From Candidatus Doudnabacteria bacterium (lineage in GTDB: Bacteria > Patescibacteriota > Doudnabacteria > UBA920 > O2-02-FULL-48-8), in contig JACPKU010000004.1 of NCBI GenBank assembly GCA_016186915.1, forward strand, positions 67,168 to 131,167: a stretch of 64,000 bases of DNA. The letters run 5' to 3'. The translations under genes and the position numbers were made by a program. Shown here one piece after another: positions 55,157-64,000 of the stretch. Position 1 is the stretch's first letter, and each line of letters begins with the position of its first letter. A model generated the notes under the pieces. It saw only the letters and a list, made by a program, of their open reading frames with translations, did no database searches and was not told the origin of the DNA.

Positions 55157-56548
55157 TTACAACGCGTCTTGGCCGATGATAATGACAAAATCCGCATTGG
55201 AGTTATTGAACGGCAGGTCTGCGACAGTCAGATCAAAATTTTCTTCCAAGTATTTGCGGGTCTCGGGTTTCAGGTTGCCGGAGTTGTCGTAGAGGATTGT
55301 CCGGCTGAATTTGTTCGATTGCAGGAAGGGCCGGAAATTGACTTCCATTCCAAGATTGTTCAAAGCGCGGAAAGGACCCAAAACATAAGCTTGCTGCGTG
55401 CTGTTCTGCACCTCCACCTCTGCCGCCTCTTTGCTTAGTTTGGCAAGCTTGCTGGCATTGGCGATGTAGTTGTGAACATCGGTTAGGGTTTTGCCTTCAC
55501 AAGGCTGGACCACGTAAGCCCGATTCTCGTAGTCCCCAATAATGCCGTTGCAGATCAGCACATTATCCGGCTCCAGCGAGAGAGAAAAAGCATGTTCGTT
55601 ATCAATATCTTTTCCGAGTTCTATCAGCCGTTGCAATTGGTATGGTTCGAGATTGGTCCGGAAGTTATCAGTAAATACTGACAGCAGGTTGTTAATGGTA
55701 CGAAGATCGGTAATCCCAAGTTTAACTACTTTGTCTTTGAAAGCTTGAATGACTTTTTTTTGTCGCTCGCTTCGGGCGAAATCCGAGCCTTCGTTATTCG
55801 TGCCTTTTCGGGATCTGGCAAAAATCAAAGCCCTTTCTCCGTCCATATGCTCGGAGCCCGCGGTGAAGGTCACGGGCGCCAAAAATCCATACCGCTCATC
55901 CGGATAGCTGGAATCAGTAAAGGTTCTGTCAATCACAACGTCAACCCCGCCTACCTGGTTAATGGCTTTGACAAAGCCTTGAAAATCTATGGCGGCATAG
56001 TAAGGAATCTCAAGGCCTGTGAGTTTACTTGCCGCGTCAACCGCGGCTTCCCCGGCGCTGTTCGGATCGTTATCGTCGCGGAAGAAGGCGTAAGCAGAAT
56101 TAATTTTTCTAAAACCAAGACCTGGAAGTTGAACCACAAAGTCCCGCGGGATGGATACTAAAACCACTTCGTCTGTTTCCATGTCTAGGCTGGCTACGAT
56201 AATCGTATCAGTGAGGTACGGCCCGTCATGGCCTGGTCCGCCGTAGCCGAGAAGCAGAACATTGACTTGTCCGTCATCTTCACCAATCAGTTTTTTATCG
56301 CCTCCCACAAACAGCTGCCCCACCCTTTGGAAGACGTTTTTATCACCTGTGAAAATTCGATTGGTTTTCGAAAGCAGGTTGGATGCTCCCCAGACAAGCA
56401 ACCCGCTCAGGATCAAAATAACCACTAAAAGAAAACAGCCGTATCGCCGTTTTGGTCTTTGCTTTCTCAAGCGCACGTCGTTATATGAACTATTCTGGTT
56501 TGGGTTGATGGCGTCTATCGACTTCATGTTTTTCAAGATTAGCCACAT
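55157..56548 (-). CDS. LytR-CpsA-Psr (LCP) family protein
   Basis: N-terminal TM. LCP core (DTIIVASLD....VVLVSIPRD..V..PG....KINSAYA). Confidence 0.75.
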   Translation of the reverse strand: MWLILKNMKSIDAINPNQNSSYNDVRLRKQRPKRRYGCFLLVVILILSGLLVWGASNLLSKTNRIFTGDKNVFQRVGQLFVGGDKKLIGEDDGQVNVLLLGYGGPGHDGPYLTDTIIVASLDMETDEVVLVSIPRDFVVQLPGLGFRKINSAYAFFRDDNDPNSAGEAAVDAASKLTGLEIPYYAAIDFQGFVKAINQVGGVDVVIDRTFTDSSYPDERYGFLAPVTFTAGSEHMDGERALIFARSRKGTNNEGSDFARSERQKKVIQAFKDKVVKLGITDLRTINNLLSVFTDNFRTNLEPYQLQRLIELGKDIDNEHAFSLSLEPDNVLICNGIIGDYENRAYVVQPCEGKTLTDVHNYIANASKLAKLSKEAAEVEVQNSTQQAYVLGPFRALNNLGMEVNFRPFLQSNKFSRTILYDNSGNLKPETRKYLEENFDLTVADLPFNNSNADFVIIIGQDAL

Positions 56549-56659
56549 AATTATAATGGAAAACTTGCTAGCTGGCCATAGTTTTGTAAGGCTTGACCCG
56601 GTAGGGGAACTCAGATATGATTAAATTTACTAATGGACGATTAACTTCCGCTTTCGCTT

Positions 56660-56697
56660 GGGCGATTAGCTCAGCGGTTAGAGCGCTGCATTTTCAC
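56660..56697 (+). tRNA. tRNA 5' half A (acceptor-D arm-anticodon stem/loop, anticodon UUC)
   Basis: GGGCGAT-TA-GCTC-AGCGGTTA-GAGC-G-CTGCA-TTTTCAC. Its acceptor complements 3' half Y (ATTGCCC). Confidence 0.45.
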
Positions 56698-56788
56698 TCC
56701 GTTAGATTTTCTCGGACGGTTAGCTCACCCCGACGCTTTACCGGTCGGGATCCCGATATCGCAATGCGATTGTCGGGATTGGTTTTCT

Positions 56789-56825
56789 GGGCGGTTAGCT
56801 CAGCGGTAGAGCATTGCATTTTTAC
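56789..56825 (+). tRNA. tRNA 5' half B (anticodon UUU)
   Basis: GGGCGGT-TA-GCTC-AGCGGTA-GAGC-A-TTGCA-TTTTTAC. Its acceptor is the perfect complement of 3' half X (ACCGCCC). Confidence 0.45.
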
Positions 56826-56841
56826 CCCGTTAGATTTTCTT

Positions 56842-56918
56842 GGACGGTTAGCTCAGTTGGTTAGAGCGCGCCGTTCACATCGGCGAGGTCACTGGTTCGA
56901 GTCCAGTACCGTCCACCA
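56842..56918 (+). tRNA. tRNA-Val (anticodon CAC), 77 nt
   Basis: GGACGGT-TA-GCTC-AGTTGGTTA-GAGC-G-CGCCG-TTCACAT-CGGCG-AGGTC-ACTGG-TTCGAGT-CCAGT-ACCGTCC-A-CCA. Confidence 0.8.
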
Positions 56919-56949
56919 GGAAAATCTAAAAATCTAACGGGGCAGGCAT

Positions 56950-56987
56950 TGCAGGGGCCACAGGTTCGAATCCTGTACCGCCCACCA
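56950..56987 (+). tRNA. tRNA 3' half X (anticodon stem 3' strand, variable loop, T-arm, acceptor, CCA)
   Basis: TGCAG-GGGCC-ACAGG-TTCGAAT-CCTGT-ACCGCCC-A-CCA. Pairs with 5' half B. Confidence 0.45.
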
Positions 56988-57021
56988 GTAAAAAGCACTC
57001 AAAATCTAACGGGGCAGGCAT

Positions 57022-57059
57022 TGCAGAAGTCGGCGGTTCGAATCCACCATTGCCCACCA
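57022..57059 (+). tRNA. tRNA 3' half Y
   Basis: TGCAG-AAGTC-GGCGG-TTCGAAT-CCACC-ATTGCCC-A-CCA. Pairs with 5' half A (one G-U). Confidence 0.45.
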
Positions 57060-57080
57060 TTAAGAAACTAATATATTACC

Positions 57081-57710
57081 ATGCAAGAACTAGGACAGTT
57101 CAGCGCACCTCAACCGGAAAAAAGCGGCTTTTCTCACATCATGTTATTTATCTGGGATTTTTTGAAAGTGATCTTGATTGCCTTGGCTGTCATTATCCCG
57201 ATCAGATATTTTTTGTTCCAGCCGTTTATTGTTTCTGGTTCTTCTATGGAGCCAAATTTTTCCAATGGCCAGTACTTGATTATTGACGAAATATCCTATC
57301 GTTTTCGACAGCCGCAAAGAGGAGAAGTTCTAGTGATTAGGTTTCCAGAAGACCGCAAGCAGTTTTTCATCAAGCGCGTGCTAGGCTTGCCCGGTGAGCA
57401 GGTAAAAATTGAAAACGGCAGAGTTATAATTTTCAACACCGAACATCCCAACGGTGCGGTGGTGGAGGAAGTTTATCTGTCCAATCAAGGACTGACCTTT
57501 CCGCACAACACGTCTTTGGTTGGGGGAAAAAATGTTTTGACGCTTAAGGAAGACCAGTATTTTATGTTGGGGGACAACCGTTTGGCTTCATCAGACTCCA
57601 GGGATTGGGGCATTTTGAAGGAGCAAGACATTGTCGGCAGAGTCTTCCTCCGCGCTCTTCCCATAACCACTTTTGATTTGTTTGACAGTCCGGAATACAC
57701 TTTTAATTAA
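57081..57710 (+). CDS. lepB: Signal peptidase I
   Basis: N-terminal TM. Catalytic SGSSMEPNF (Ser), RGEVLVIRF, GDNRLASSDSRDWG box E. Confidence 0.85.
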   Translation: MQELGQFSAPQPEKSGFSHIMLFIWDFLKVILIALAVIIPIRYFLFQPFIVSGSSMEPNFSNGQYLIIDEISYRFRQPQRGEVLVIRFPEDRKQFFIKRVLGLPGEQVKIENGRVIIFNTEHPNGAVVEEVYLSNQGLTFPHNTSLVGGKNVLTLKEDQYFMLGDNRLASSDSRDWGILKEQDIVGRVFLRALPITTFDLFDSPEYTFN

Positions 57711-57715
57711 ACTTT

Positions 57716-58996
57716 ATGGGCCGTCCCAAAAAAATTACCCCCGCAGTTGAAAAAGCCCCGAGCAGGTTGGAGGGAAGCATTGATCTGCTGTCCGAACATC
57801 ATTCCTGCTGGAATTTTTTTGTCGATCGATTGAATAATTTGTCTCAAACATTTAGCTACTCCAAATTAGACACGCCAATGTTGGAGGATGCGAAGTTGTT
57901 CAAATTTTGGACGGAGGCCGGTCCGGAACAGCTGTTGTTTTTTACGGACCATAAAGGGGTGCGCATGGCTGTCAAACCTACAAATTTATTTGGTGTGGCC
58001 CGCGCCTATCTCGAACATAAATTTTTTGAGAGAGAAAAAGTCACTAAATGGTTTTATCTTTCGCCAGTGGCTCATATTACTTCAGAGCAAAAAGTCAAGC
58101 AGCTTCATGAGTACGGCTTCCAGGTTTTTGGAGACACAGCCGGGATTGCGGACGCCCAGATTATCAACTTATTGATCAGATTGTTTAAAGAGGTGGGGCT
58201 GACCGGGGTGGGATTGCATATCAACAATATTGGCTGTCTGGAATGCCGGCCAATATTCAAAGAAGTTTTGAAGAATTTTTTCAAGGATAAAAAATATGAT
58301 CTTTGTGAAAGTTGTGTCGAATATTCGGACTCCAATCCGCTCAAGATTCTGGCTTGCAAAAATCTCTCATGTAACACGGTGATTGCCGAAGCGCCGGTGG
58401 GGGTTGATTATTTATGTGAAAATTGCCGCCGACACTTTATCGATGTTTTAGAGGGATTGGAAGAATTAAACATCCCGTTTAATCTGAATCAAAAAGTGAT
58501 CGGCTACCCTTGGTCCAGAAAAACCGTGTTTGAGCTCAGATCGCAGGATAGCAATCAAGAAATAAAATTAGGCGAGGGCGGACATGCCGACGATTTGATC
58601 CAAAGCCTGGGCGGCCCGGCAACTGTCGCGCTTGGTTTTGCCGGCACCATCCAAAGCGTTCTGGAGGCGCTGGAGCTTGCCAACATCAAATATTCCTCTC
58701 GCAGTAAAGTTGACGTGTTTTTAGTGCCACTGGGCGAACTGGCCGCCAAAAAGACCCTGCGCTTGTTTACTGATCTTTGGAACCATAATATCATGGCTTC
58801 AGAGTTTATCGGTCCAGCTTCAATTAAAACCCAGCTGAAATTGGCCGAATCAAACAAAGTGAGCATCGCACTGATCGTCGGCCAAAAAGAAGCCCGGGAT
58901 GGCACAGTGATTTTGCGCGACGTGCGCTCCGGCATGCAGGAATTGTTTACAGTTGAGCGGATTATAGAAGAAGTGAAGAAAAGATTGGGAAAGTAG
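57716..58996 (+). CDS. hisS: Histidyl-tRNA synthetase-like class II aaRS (divergent, with a Cys-cluster insertion)
   Basis: Motif-2-like LHEYGFQVFGDTAG, motif-3-like LGEGGHADDLIQSLGGPATVALGFA, C-terminal HGTP anticodon-binding domain. Extra C..C / C..C / C..C cluster. Confidence 0.55.
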   Translation: MGRPKKITPAVEKAPSRLEGSIDLLSEHHSCWNFFVDRLNNLSQTFSYSKLDTPMLEDAKLFKFWTEAGPEQLLFFTDHKGVRMAVKPTNLFGVARAYLEHKFFEREKVTKWFYLSPVAHITSEQKVKQLHEYGFQVFGDTAGIADAQIINLLIRLFKEVGLTGVGLHINNIGCLECRPIFKEVLKNFFKDKKYDLCESCVEYSDSNPLKILACKNLSCNTVIAEAPVGVDYLCENCRRHFIDVLEGLEELNIPFNLNQKVIGYPWSRKTVFELRSQDSNQEIKLGEGGHADDLIQSLGGPATVALGFAGTIQSVLEALELANIKYSSRSKVDVFLVPLGELAAKKTLRLFTDLWNHNIMASEFIGPASIKTQLKLAESNKVSIALIVGQKEARDGTVILRDVRSGMQELFTVERIIEEVKKRLGK

Positions 58997-59113
58997 GGCG
59001 CTTGTCCTATAGTTTGGGTAGAAGGCCCAAGCTTTTATTTTGACTTATTGACTATTTTGTGCTATATATAAGGAAGCTATATAAAGATTTTTTTAAGGAA
59101 GGGGTGAACTTCG

Positions 59114-59356
59114 TTGGTTGAAGTAAAAAAGAAAGAAGGAGAATCGTTTGAAAGTCTCCTGAGACGTTTTAACCGCAAGATTCAGCAAAGCGGTGTTTTG
59201 ATTCGCGCTCGAAAAATCAGATTCTATACGCCGAACAAATCACGCAATTTGCTTCGGGTTGATGCGGCCAGAAGAGCTGAGAACCGGGAAAAAAGGGAAG
59301 AGTTGAAAAAACTTGGCAAACTGCCGCTTTTCAGCCGCCGCAATAAACGAAAGTAA
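59114..59356 (+). CDS. rpsU: 30S ribosomal protein S21
   Basis: ESFE.LLRRF.R...Q.GVL...R...FY..P...R. Confidence 0.8.
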   Translation: MVEVKKKEGESFESLLRRFNRKIQQSGVLIRARKIRFYTPNKSRNLLRVDAARRAENREKREELKKLGKLPLFSRRNKRK

Positions 59357-59363
59357 GAAAAAA

Positions 59364-59801
59364 ATGATTGAAGAAAAAATCGAAGCGGATTTAAAGAAGG
59401 CTATGAAAGAAAAAAACGCGCTGGTGCTTTCCGCGCTTCGAAATCTGAAAGCCGAGATGAAGAATGTTGCGATTGCCAAGGGTCAAAAGCTTGCGGATGA
59501 AGAAGTGATACAGGTCGTGAACAAAAAAGTGAGGCAGCACAAGGATTCGATTGAAAGCTTTAAGGCAGGAGGCAGGGCAGATCTGGAAAAACTAGAACAG
59601 GAGCAGATGACGGTGTTGCAGCAATATTTACCTAAACCACTTTCCGAGGACGAGGTGCAGGACTTGGTCAAAAAAGTTATTAGTGAGCTTGTTGCCCAGC
59701 CCCAAGATTTTGGCAAAGTTATGAAAGAAGTTTTAAGCCGGGCTGGTGGGCGGACTGACGGGAGCATCGTTTCTAAAATCGTCAAAGAAGAATTAAAGTA
59801 A
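59364..59801 (+). CDS. GatB/YqeY-domain protein
   Basis: LKKAMKEKNALVLSALRNLKAE is YqeY-like. Start at ATG 59364. Confidence 0.65.
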   Translation: MIEEKIEADLKKAMKEKNALVLSALRNLKAEMKNVAIAKGQKLADEEVIQVVNKKVRQHKDSIESFKAGGRADLEKLEQEQMTVLQQYLPKPLSEDEVQDLVKKVISELVAQPQDFGKVMKEVLSRAGGRTDGSIVSKIVKEELK

Positions 59802-59886
59802 AGGCAACGAATTAAAAACGAATTTAAAGCGATCCGAATATGACGAATATGTATTTGTAGATTAGTATCGCGATAAACAAAAGCGA

Positions 59887-61134
59887 ATGGCAAAGGAACA
59901 AATTTTTATTGGTCTTGATATTGGCTCGTCCACCATCCGAGTGATAGTCGGCAAGCAAGAATCCGAACTGGGCAATCCCAGTATCATTGGGGTCGGGGAA
60001 GCGCATTCAGCCGGGATCCGTCGTGGGGTGATTGTGGATATAGACGAAGCGGTGTCCAGCATTTCCGAAGCTTTGGAAAAAGCCGAGCGCATGACAGGCC
60101 TTAGTTTGGATCACGCGGTGGTGTCAGTTGGGGGCGCGCAAATTACTTCTCATGAGAGCCACGGGGTGATTGCGGTATCGAGAGCAGACGGCGAGATTAC
60201 AGAAAATGACGTGGTTCGGGTAGTGGACGCCTCTCAAGCGATTTCAATTCCAGCCAACAGAGAGATCCTGCATGTGATTCCGAAGACTTTTACAGTGGAC
60301 GGGCAAACCGGGATAAAAGATCCGGTGGGCATGTCCGGCATCAGGCTGGAGGTGGACACAGAGATTATTCAGGCTGCCGTGCCATTTATTAAAAATTTGA
60401 CCAAGTGTATAATGCAGGCCGGGCTTGAGATTGATGATTTGGTGCTGGCTCCCTTGGCCGCTGCCCAGGCCGTGCTCACCAAAAAACAGAAGGAATTGGG
60501 AGTGGTGGTGATTGAGCTTGGTGGCGGCACCACGGGTATGGTAGTATTTGAAGAGGCCAACTTAGTGGCGGCTAATATTCTGCCTGTGGGCGCCATGCAT
60601 ATTACCAATGATCTGGCCATTGGGCTGAGAACCTCCGTGGAGACCGCGGAAAAAATCAAACTTCAGTATTCTTCCGCGGAATCAAAGAAGCTGAAAAAAG
60701 ATTCAGAGCTTGATCTGTCCAAGATAGACAAACAGGAAGAAGGCCGAGTTTCACTTAAGCACATCGTGGAAATCACAGAAGCTCGTCTGGAAGAAATTTT
60801 TGATTTAGTAAACAAAGAACTGCGAGCGATCAACAAAGACGGGCAATTGCCTTCGGGCGCTGTTTTAACCGGCGGCGGAGCAAACTTGCCAGGCGTGGTG
60901 GATCTGGCCAAAAAGCAGCTGCGTCTCCCGGTAAGCCTCGGCCTTCCCAGCTCGGTGGCCACTGTGATTGACCGGGTTAATGATCCGGCATTTGCCACCG
61001 GCGTGGGATTAGTGATGTGGGGCAATGAATTTTTGCTGGGCTCTTCTCATGCCATCAATAAATTTGCCAGAAGCGTTTTAGAAAATGACTCGGTGGCCAA
61101 ATTAAGGAAATGGTTTAAATCGTTTTTGCCATAA
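59887..61134 (+). CDS. ftsA: Cell division protein FtsA
   Basis: Actin-like ATPase ([28 protein letters not shown]). Position immediately upstream of ftsZ. Confidence 0.85.
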   Translation: MAKEQIFIGLDIGSSTIRVIVGKQESELGNPSIIGVGEAHSAGIRRGVIVDIDEAVSSISEALEKAERMTGLSLDHAVVSVGGAQITSHESHGVIAVSRADGEITENDVVRVVDASQAISIPANREILHVIPKTFTVDGQTGIKDPVGMSGIRLEVDTEIIQAAVPFIKNLTKCIMQAGLEIDDLVLAPLAAAQAVLTKKQKELGVVVIELGGGTTGMVVFEEANLVAANILPVGAMHITNDLAIGLRTSVETAEKIKLQYSSAESKKLKKDSELDLSKIDKQEEGRVSLKHIVEITEARLEEIFDLVNKELRAINKDGQLPSGAVLTGGGANLPGVVDLAKKQLRLPVSLGLPSSVATVIDRVNDPAFATGVGLVMWGNEFLLGSSHAINKFARSVLENDSVAKLRKWFKSFLP

Positions 61135-61153
61135 ATTAATTTTCTCTTTTATT

Positions 61154-62299
61154 ATGACGAAATTTAAATCTTCGGAGGTGAAGCCAAAAATAGAGACCTT
61201 TGCCCGCATCAAAGTTATCGGCGTGGGAGGTTCAGGACACAACGCTATCCACCGGATGATGGAAACCGGAATCAGAGGGGTGGAATTTGTGGCGATCAAC
61301 ACTGATGCGCAGGCGCTGCATCACTCGCAGGCTGATCAAAAAATTCATATTGGCAGAAATTTGACTCGGGGGTTGGGAGCGGGCATGAACCCGGAGATCG
61401 GCCGGGCGGCGGCGGAAGAAGGCAAGGCTGAGATTTTGGATGTGATCAAAAATGCTGACATGATTTTTATCACTTGCGGTCTCGGCGGCGGTACGGGCAC
61501 GGGTGCGGCGCCGGTGGTGGCGGAGTTGGCCAAGAAAAACGGCATTCTGACTGTGGCGGTGGTGACCAGACCTTTTACTTTTGAAGGTGTAAAGCGCCGA
61601 GAGATTGCGGACAAAGGCGTGGCTGAGCTCAAACAGCAGGTGGATACGATTATTATTATTCCCAATGATCGAATTTTGCAGTTGGTAGACAAGAAGACTT
61701 CTCTTCTGGACGCATTTAAAACCGTGGATGATGTGCTGCGCCAAGGCGTGGCCGGGATTTCGGACTTAATCACCATCCCAGGCATGATCAATGTGGACTT
61801 TGCGGATGTAAAAGCCATAATGCAAAACGCCGGCTCGGCCTTGATGGGAATCGGCCGAGGCACGGGCGAGAACCGAGCGCAGGATGCCGCACGCATGGCT
61901 GTGGATTCACCGCTTTTGGGCCTGTCCATCGAGGGCGCAAAAGGGGTGCTGTTCAATGTTACGGGTGGGAAAGATCTGGGAATGTTTGAAGTGGATGAGG
62001 CGGCCAAATTCATCACCAAATCAGCTGACCCAGATGCAAAGGTCATCTTTGGGGCAGTGATTGACCAAGAAATGGACGAGGAAGTGAAGATCACGGTGAT
62101 TGCCACTGGGTTTTCCTCTGACGGTGGATCTTTCTCCGGCACAGACGGGGCATTGAGCAGAGAAGAGCCGACATATGAGCCAGCACCTGCCACTGCTTTC
62201 CGACCCAAGTCGATTGACGACGACGACGATCACAAACCAGACGACGATGATCAGGACGAATTGGAAATCCCGGCGTTTATAAGAAAGAAGATAAAGTAA
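61154..62299 (+). CDS. ftsZ: Cell division protein FtsZ
   Basis: Tubulin signature [17 protein letters not shown]. Acidic C-terminal tail. Confidence 0.9.
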   Translation: MTKFKSSEVKPKIETFARIKVIGVGGSGHNAIHRMMETGIRGVEFVAINTDAQALHHSQADQKIHIGRNLTRGLGAGMNPEIGRAAAEEGKAEILDVIKNADMIFITCGLGGGTGTGAAPVVAELAKKNGILTVAVVTRPFTFEGVKRREIADKGVAELKQQVDTIIIIPNDRILQLVDKKTSLLDAFKTVDDVLRQGVAGISDLITIPGMINVDFADVKAIMQNAGSALMGIGRGTGENRAQDAARMAVDSPLLGLSIEGAKGVLFNVTGGKDLGMFEVDEAAKFITKSADPDAKVIFGAVIDQEMDEEVKITVIATGFSSDGGSFSGTDGALSREEPTYEPAPATAFRPKSIDDDDDHKPDDDDQDELEIPAFIRKKIK

Positions 62300-62300
62300 G

Positions 62301-62360
62301 CCTTCGACAAGCTCAGGCATCAAGGTTGCTCCCTGAGTGAAGCGAAGCGGAATCGAAGGG
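62301..62360. repeat. Paralog of the 22334-22402 hairpin element (ccttcgac..gctcagg...ccctgagt..gaatcgaaggg)
   Basis: Shared terminal motifs in inverted arrangement. Confidence 0.5.
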
Positions 62361-62361
62361 T

Positions 62362-62613
62362 ATGCTCAGCAAACCTCTGGTATTTACCGCCCTATTATTC
62401 CAAATCATCGGTTTGGTTTGGGATTTAGTGGTGCACTTTCAGGCCGGAAGATTAAGCGAATTTTTTGAAGCGCCTCATTGGCCGATATTTTTGGGATTTG
62501 TTTTGCTTCTTGTAGCTGTCTTACAATCTGGAAACACTAGCCAGAGGAACATCGAAAAAGAAACAGACCAAGAGCCAACACCTCCCAACCCAGAAGAACA
62601 TAATCAGATATAG
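62362..62613 (+). CDS. Small hypothetical membrane protein
   Basis: Two hydrophobic helices. Terminator at 62617-62650. Confidence 0.35.
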   Translation: MLSKPLVFTALLFQIIGLVWDLVVHFQAGRLSEFFEAPHWPIFLGFVLLLVAVLQSGNTSQRNIEKETDQEPTPPNPEEHNQI

Positions 62614-62738
62614 AAAATGCCACTGCCCTGTCATACGGACAGGGCTTTTTTTATTTGTATAAAAACCAATATTTCCAAATTTAATGGTATTTGCTATGCT
62701 GGAGTGATTCGTACACTTCGTTTTCGAACCGGAGGAGA

Positions 62739-64000
62739 TGATGTCCAATTTAATGCTTCCGGGTAACCCCCGGTATCAGCCCAGGCAGCTGCTCGAGATC
62801 TTTGGCTACGACAACCTCGTACGCACCTTGTACGAGGTCGAGTTGGCTGGGCTCGATGTGCTCGCGGAAATCGCGTTGATCCCGAGTGGCGACTACTCGC
62901 TTCTGACCCCTGACATTCGTGGCCGGATTCTTGCAATTCAGACCACGGCCGTCGACGAGCTGGAACGGAAGGTCACCAAGCATGATGTGCGCGCTGCGGT
63001 GCGTCTCATGCAGGATCTTCTACCCCTTCCGTTGCGACGTTGGGTTCACATCCCCTACACCAGCTACGACCCGTTGGATACTGGCCGTTCGCTTCAGTTT
63101 ATCCGCGCTCAGCGGCAGGTCATGGCTCCTTCACTCGTCAAAGCGGCCAAGCAGATGGCCGAGTTTACACGAGAGTTCGCTGGCCAAGTCCAGATCGGCC
63201 GGACCCACGGTCAGCACGCCCTACCTATCACGGTCGGGTTCTGGTTCGCCACGATTCTCAACCGGGTGCTCGACAATCTTCAGGAGATGGATACCCGAGC
63301 AGGTCAGCTCGTGGGCAAGATCTCGGGTGCTGTGGGTGCGTACAACGCGCAGGTTCATCTGGGCATTGCAGAGCGGTGCGGTTCGTTGAGCTTCGAGGCG
63401 CGAGTGCTTCAGAAGCTCGGTCTGAAGCCAGCGGCAATCAGTACTCAGATCCTACCGCCGGAACCGCTGGCGCACTACCTCTTTGCGGTCTTGTTGCAGA
63501 CCGCGGCGTTCGCCCAGCTCGGTCGCGACTGCCGTCATCTCATGCGCACTGAAATCGGGGAAGTTGCGGAAGGTTTTTCTAAAGACCAAGTCGGTTCCTC
63601 GACCATGGGCCACAAGCGTAACCCAATCAACTTCGAACAGTTGGAAGGCATGCTCAAGAAGAACATCGGTGAATTCGTGAAGGTCTTGCTGACGTTCATC
63701 AGTGAGCACCAGCGGGACCTGACGGACAGCGCGGTTTTTCGGGACTTCCCGATCCTCGTGGTCAATCTCGCCAACCAACTCAACACGCTGCTGCGGGCCG
63801 ATCCGGAAAGCGGGCAAACATTCCTGCAGCGCGTGACCGTCGATCGGCAAGCATGCTGGCGGAATTTTCAGATGTCGGCCAATGTCATTTTGGCCGAGCC
63901 GCTCTACATCGCGCTGCAGATGTCAGGATACGAGGGCGATGCCCATGAGCTCGTCAATCGCTACCTTGTGCCAGCGGCCAAGGCGAGCGAGCGGCTGCTC
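62739..64000 (+). CDS. purB: Adenylosuccinate-lyase-like fumarate-lyase-family protein (3' end outside window); GC-rich
   Basis: Open frame from ATG 62739 to the window end, so absent from the complete-ORF track. GRTHGQHALPITVGFWFA...GKISGAVGAYNAQ and GSSTMGHKRNPINFEQLEG match B. subtilis-type PurB signatures (GSSxMPHKxNP). About 60% GC. SD ggaggag. Confidence 0.65.

Noticed and set aside
1-64000. Prophage, integron, transposase, restriction-modification or CRISPR-Cas defence island
   Set aside because: No integrase, transposase, terminase, capsid, methyltransferase or cas-like ORF is recognisable. The accessory signal here is carried by repeats, split tRNA loci and small GC-rich cassettes instead.

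Overview
This 64-kb window looks like a chromosomal segment of a small-genome bacterium with a moderate-GC background, roughly 42-46% judged by eye. The gene content is consistent with a CPR/Patescibacteria-like organism, but that is an inference. Genes are dense and mostly housekeeping: folD, two thioredoxin-reductase paralogs, gdh, efp, the rpsF-ssb-rpsR operon, ychF, trpS, RNase J, an OppA-like binding protein, secG, uvrC, uvrA, a CIRCE-controlled hrcA-grpE-hsp20/dnaK-dnaJ heat-shock cluster, an FtsE/X-like ABC pair, a GGDEF protein, NDH-2, a prepilin, dus, glycerate kinase, topA, capA, dprA, pth, der, an LCP protein, lepB, a hisS-like gene, rpsU, ftsA, ftsZ, and a 3'-truncated GC-rich purB-like gene. 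The unusual material is RNA- and repeat-level. (1) Two loci (56660-57059 and 16419-16860) hold tRNA genes that appear split into 5' and 3' pieces. The pieces are nested around an intact tRNA (Val or Leu) and bounded by 10-14-nt complementary junction sequences. (2) A 28-bp GGATCC-centred palindromic element (CCGCC-RRA-GGCGG-ATCCGCC-TYK-GGCGG) and related CCGCC/GGCGG hairpins occur intergenically. They are also inserted in frame, encoding glycine-rich loops, in TrxB, DnaJ, Dus, TopA and UvrC. (3) A modular family of G-tract/AT-loop hairpin repeats occurs intergenically and in frame inside uvrC and dus. (4) Several short GC-rich (~55-62%) gene islets carry perfect AGGAGG ribosome-binding sites. 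One is a four-gene small-protein cassette that follows a strong promoter, a structured non-coding region and an A9G9 homopolymer tract. There is no CRISPR array, and no integrase or transposase gene.
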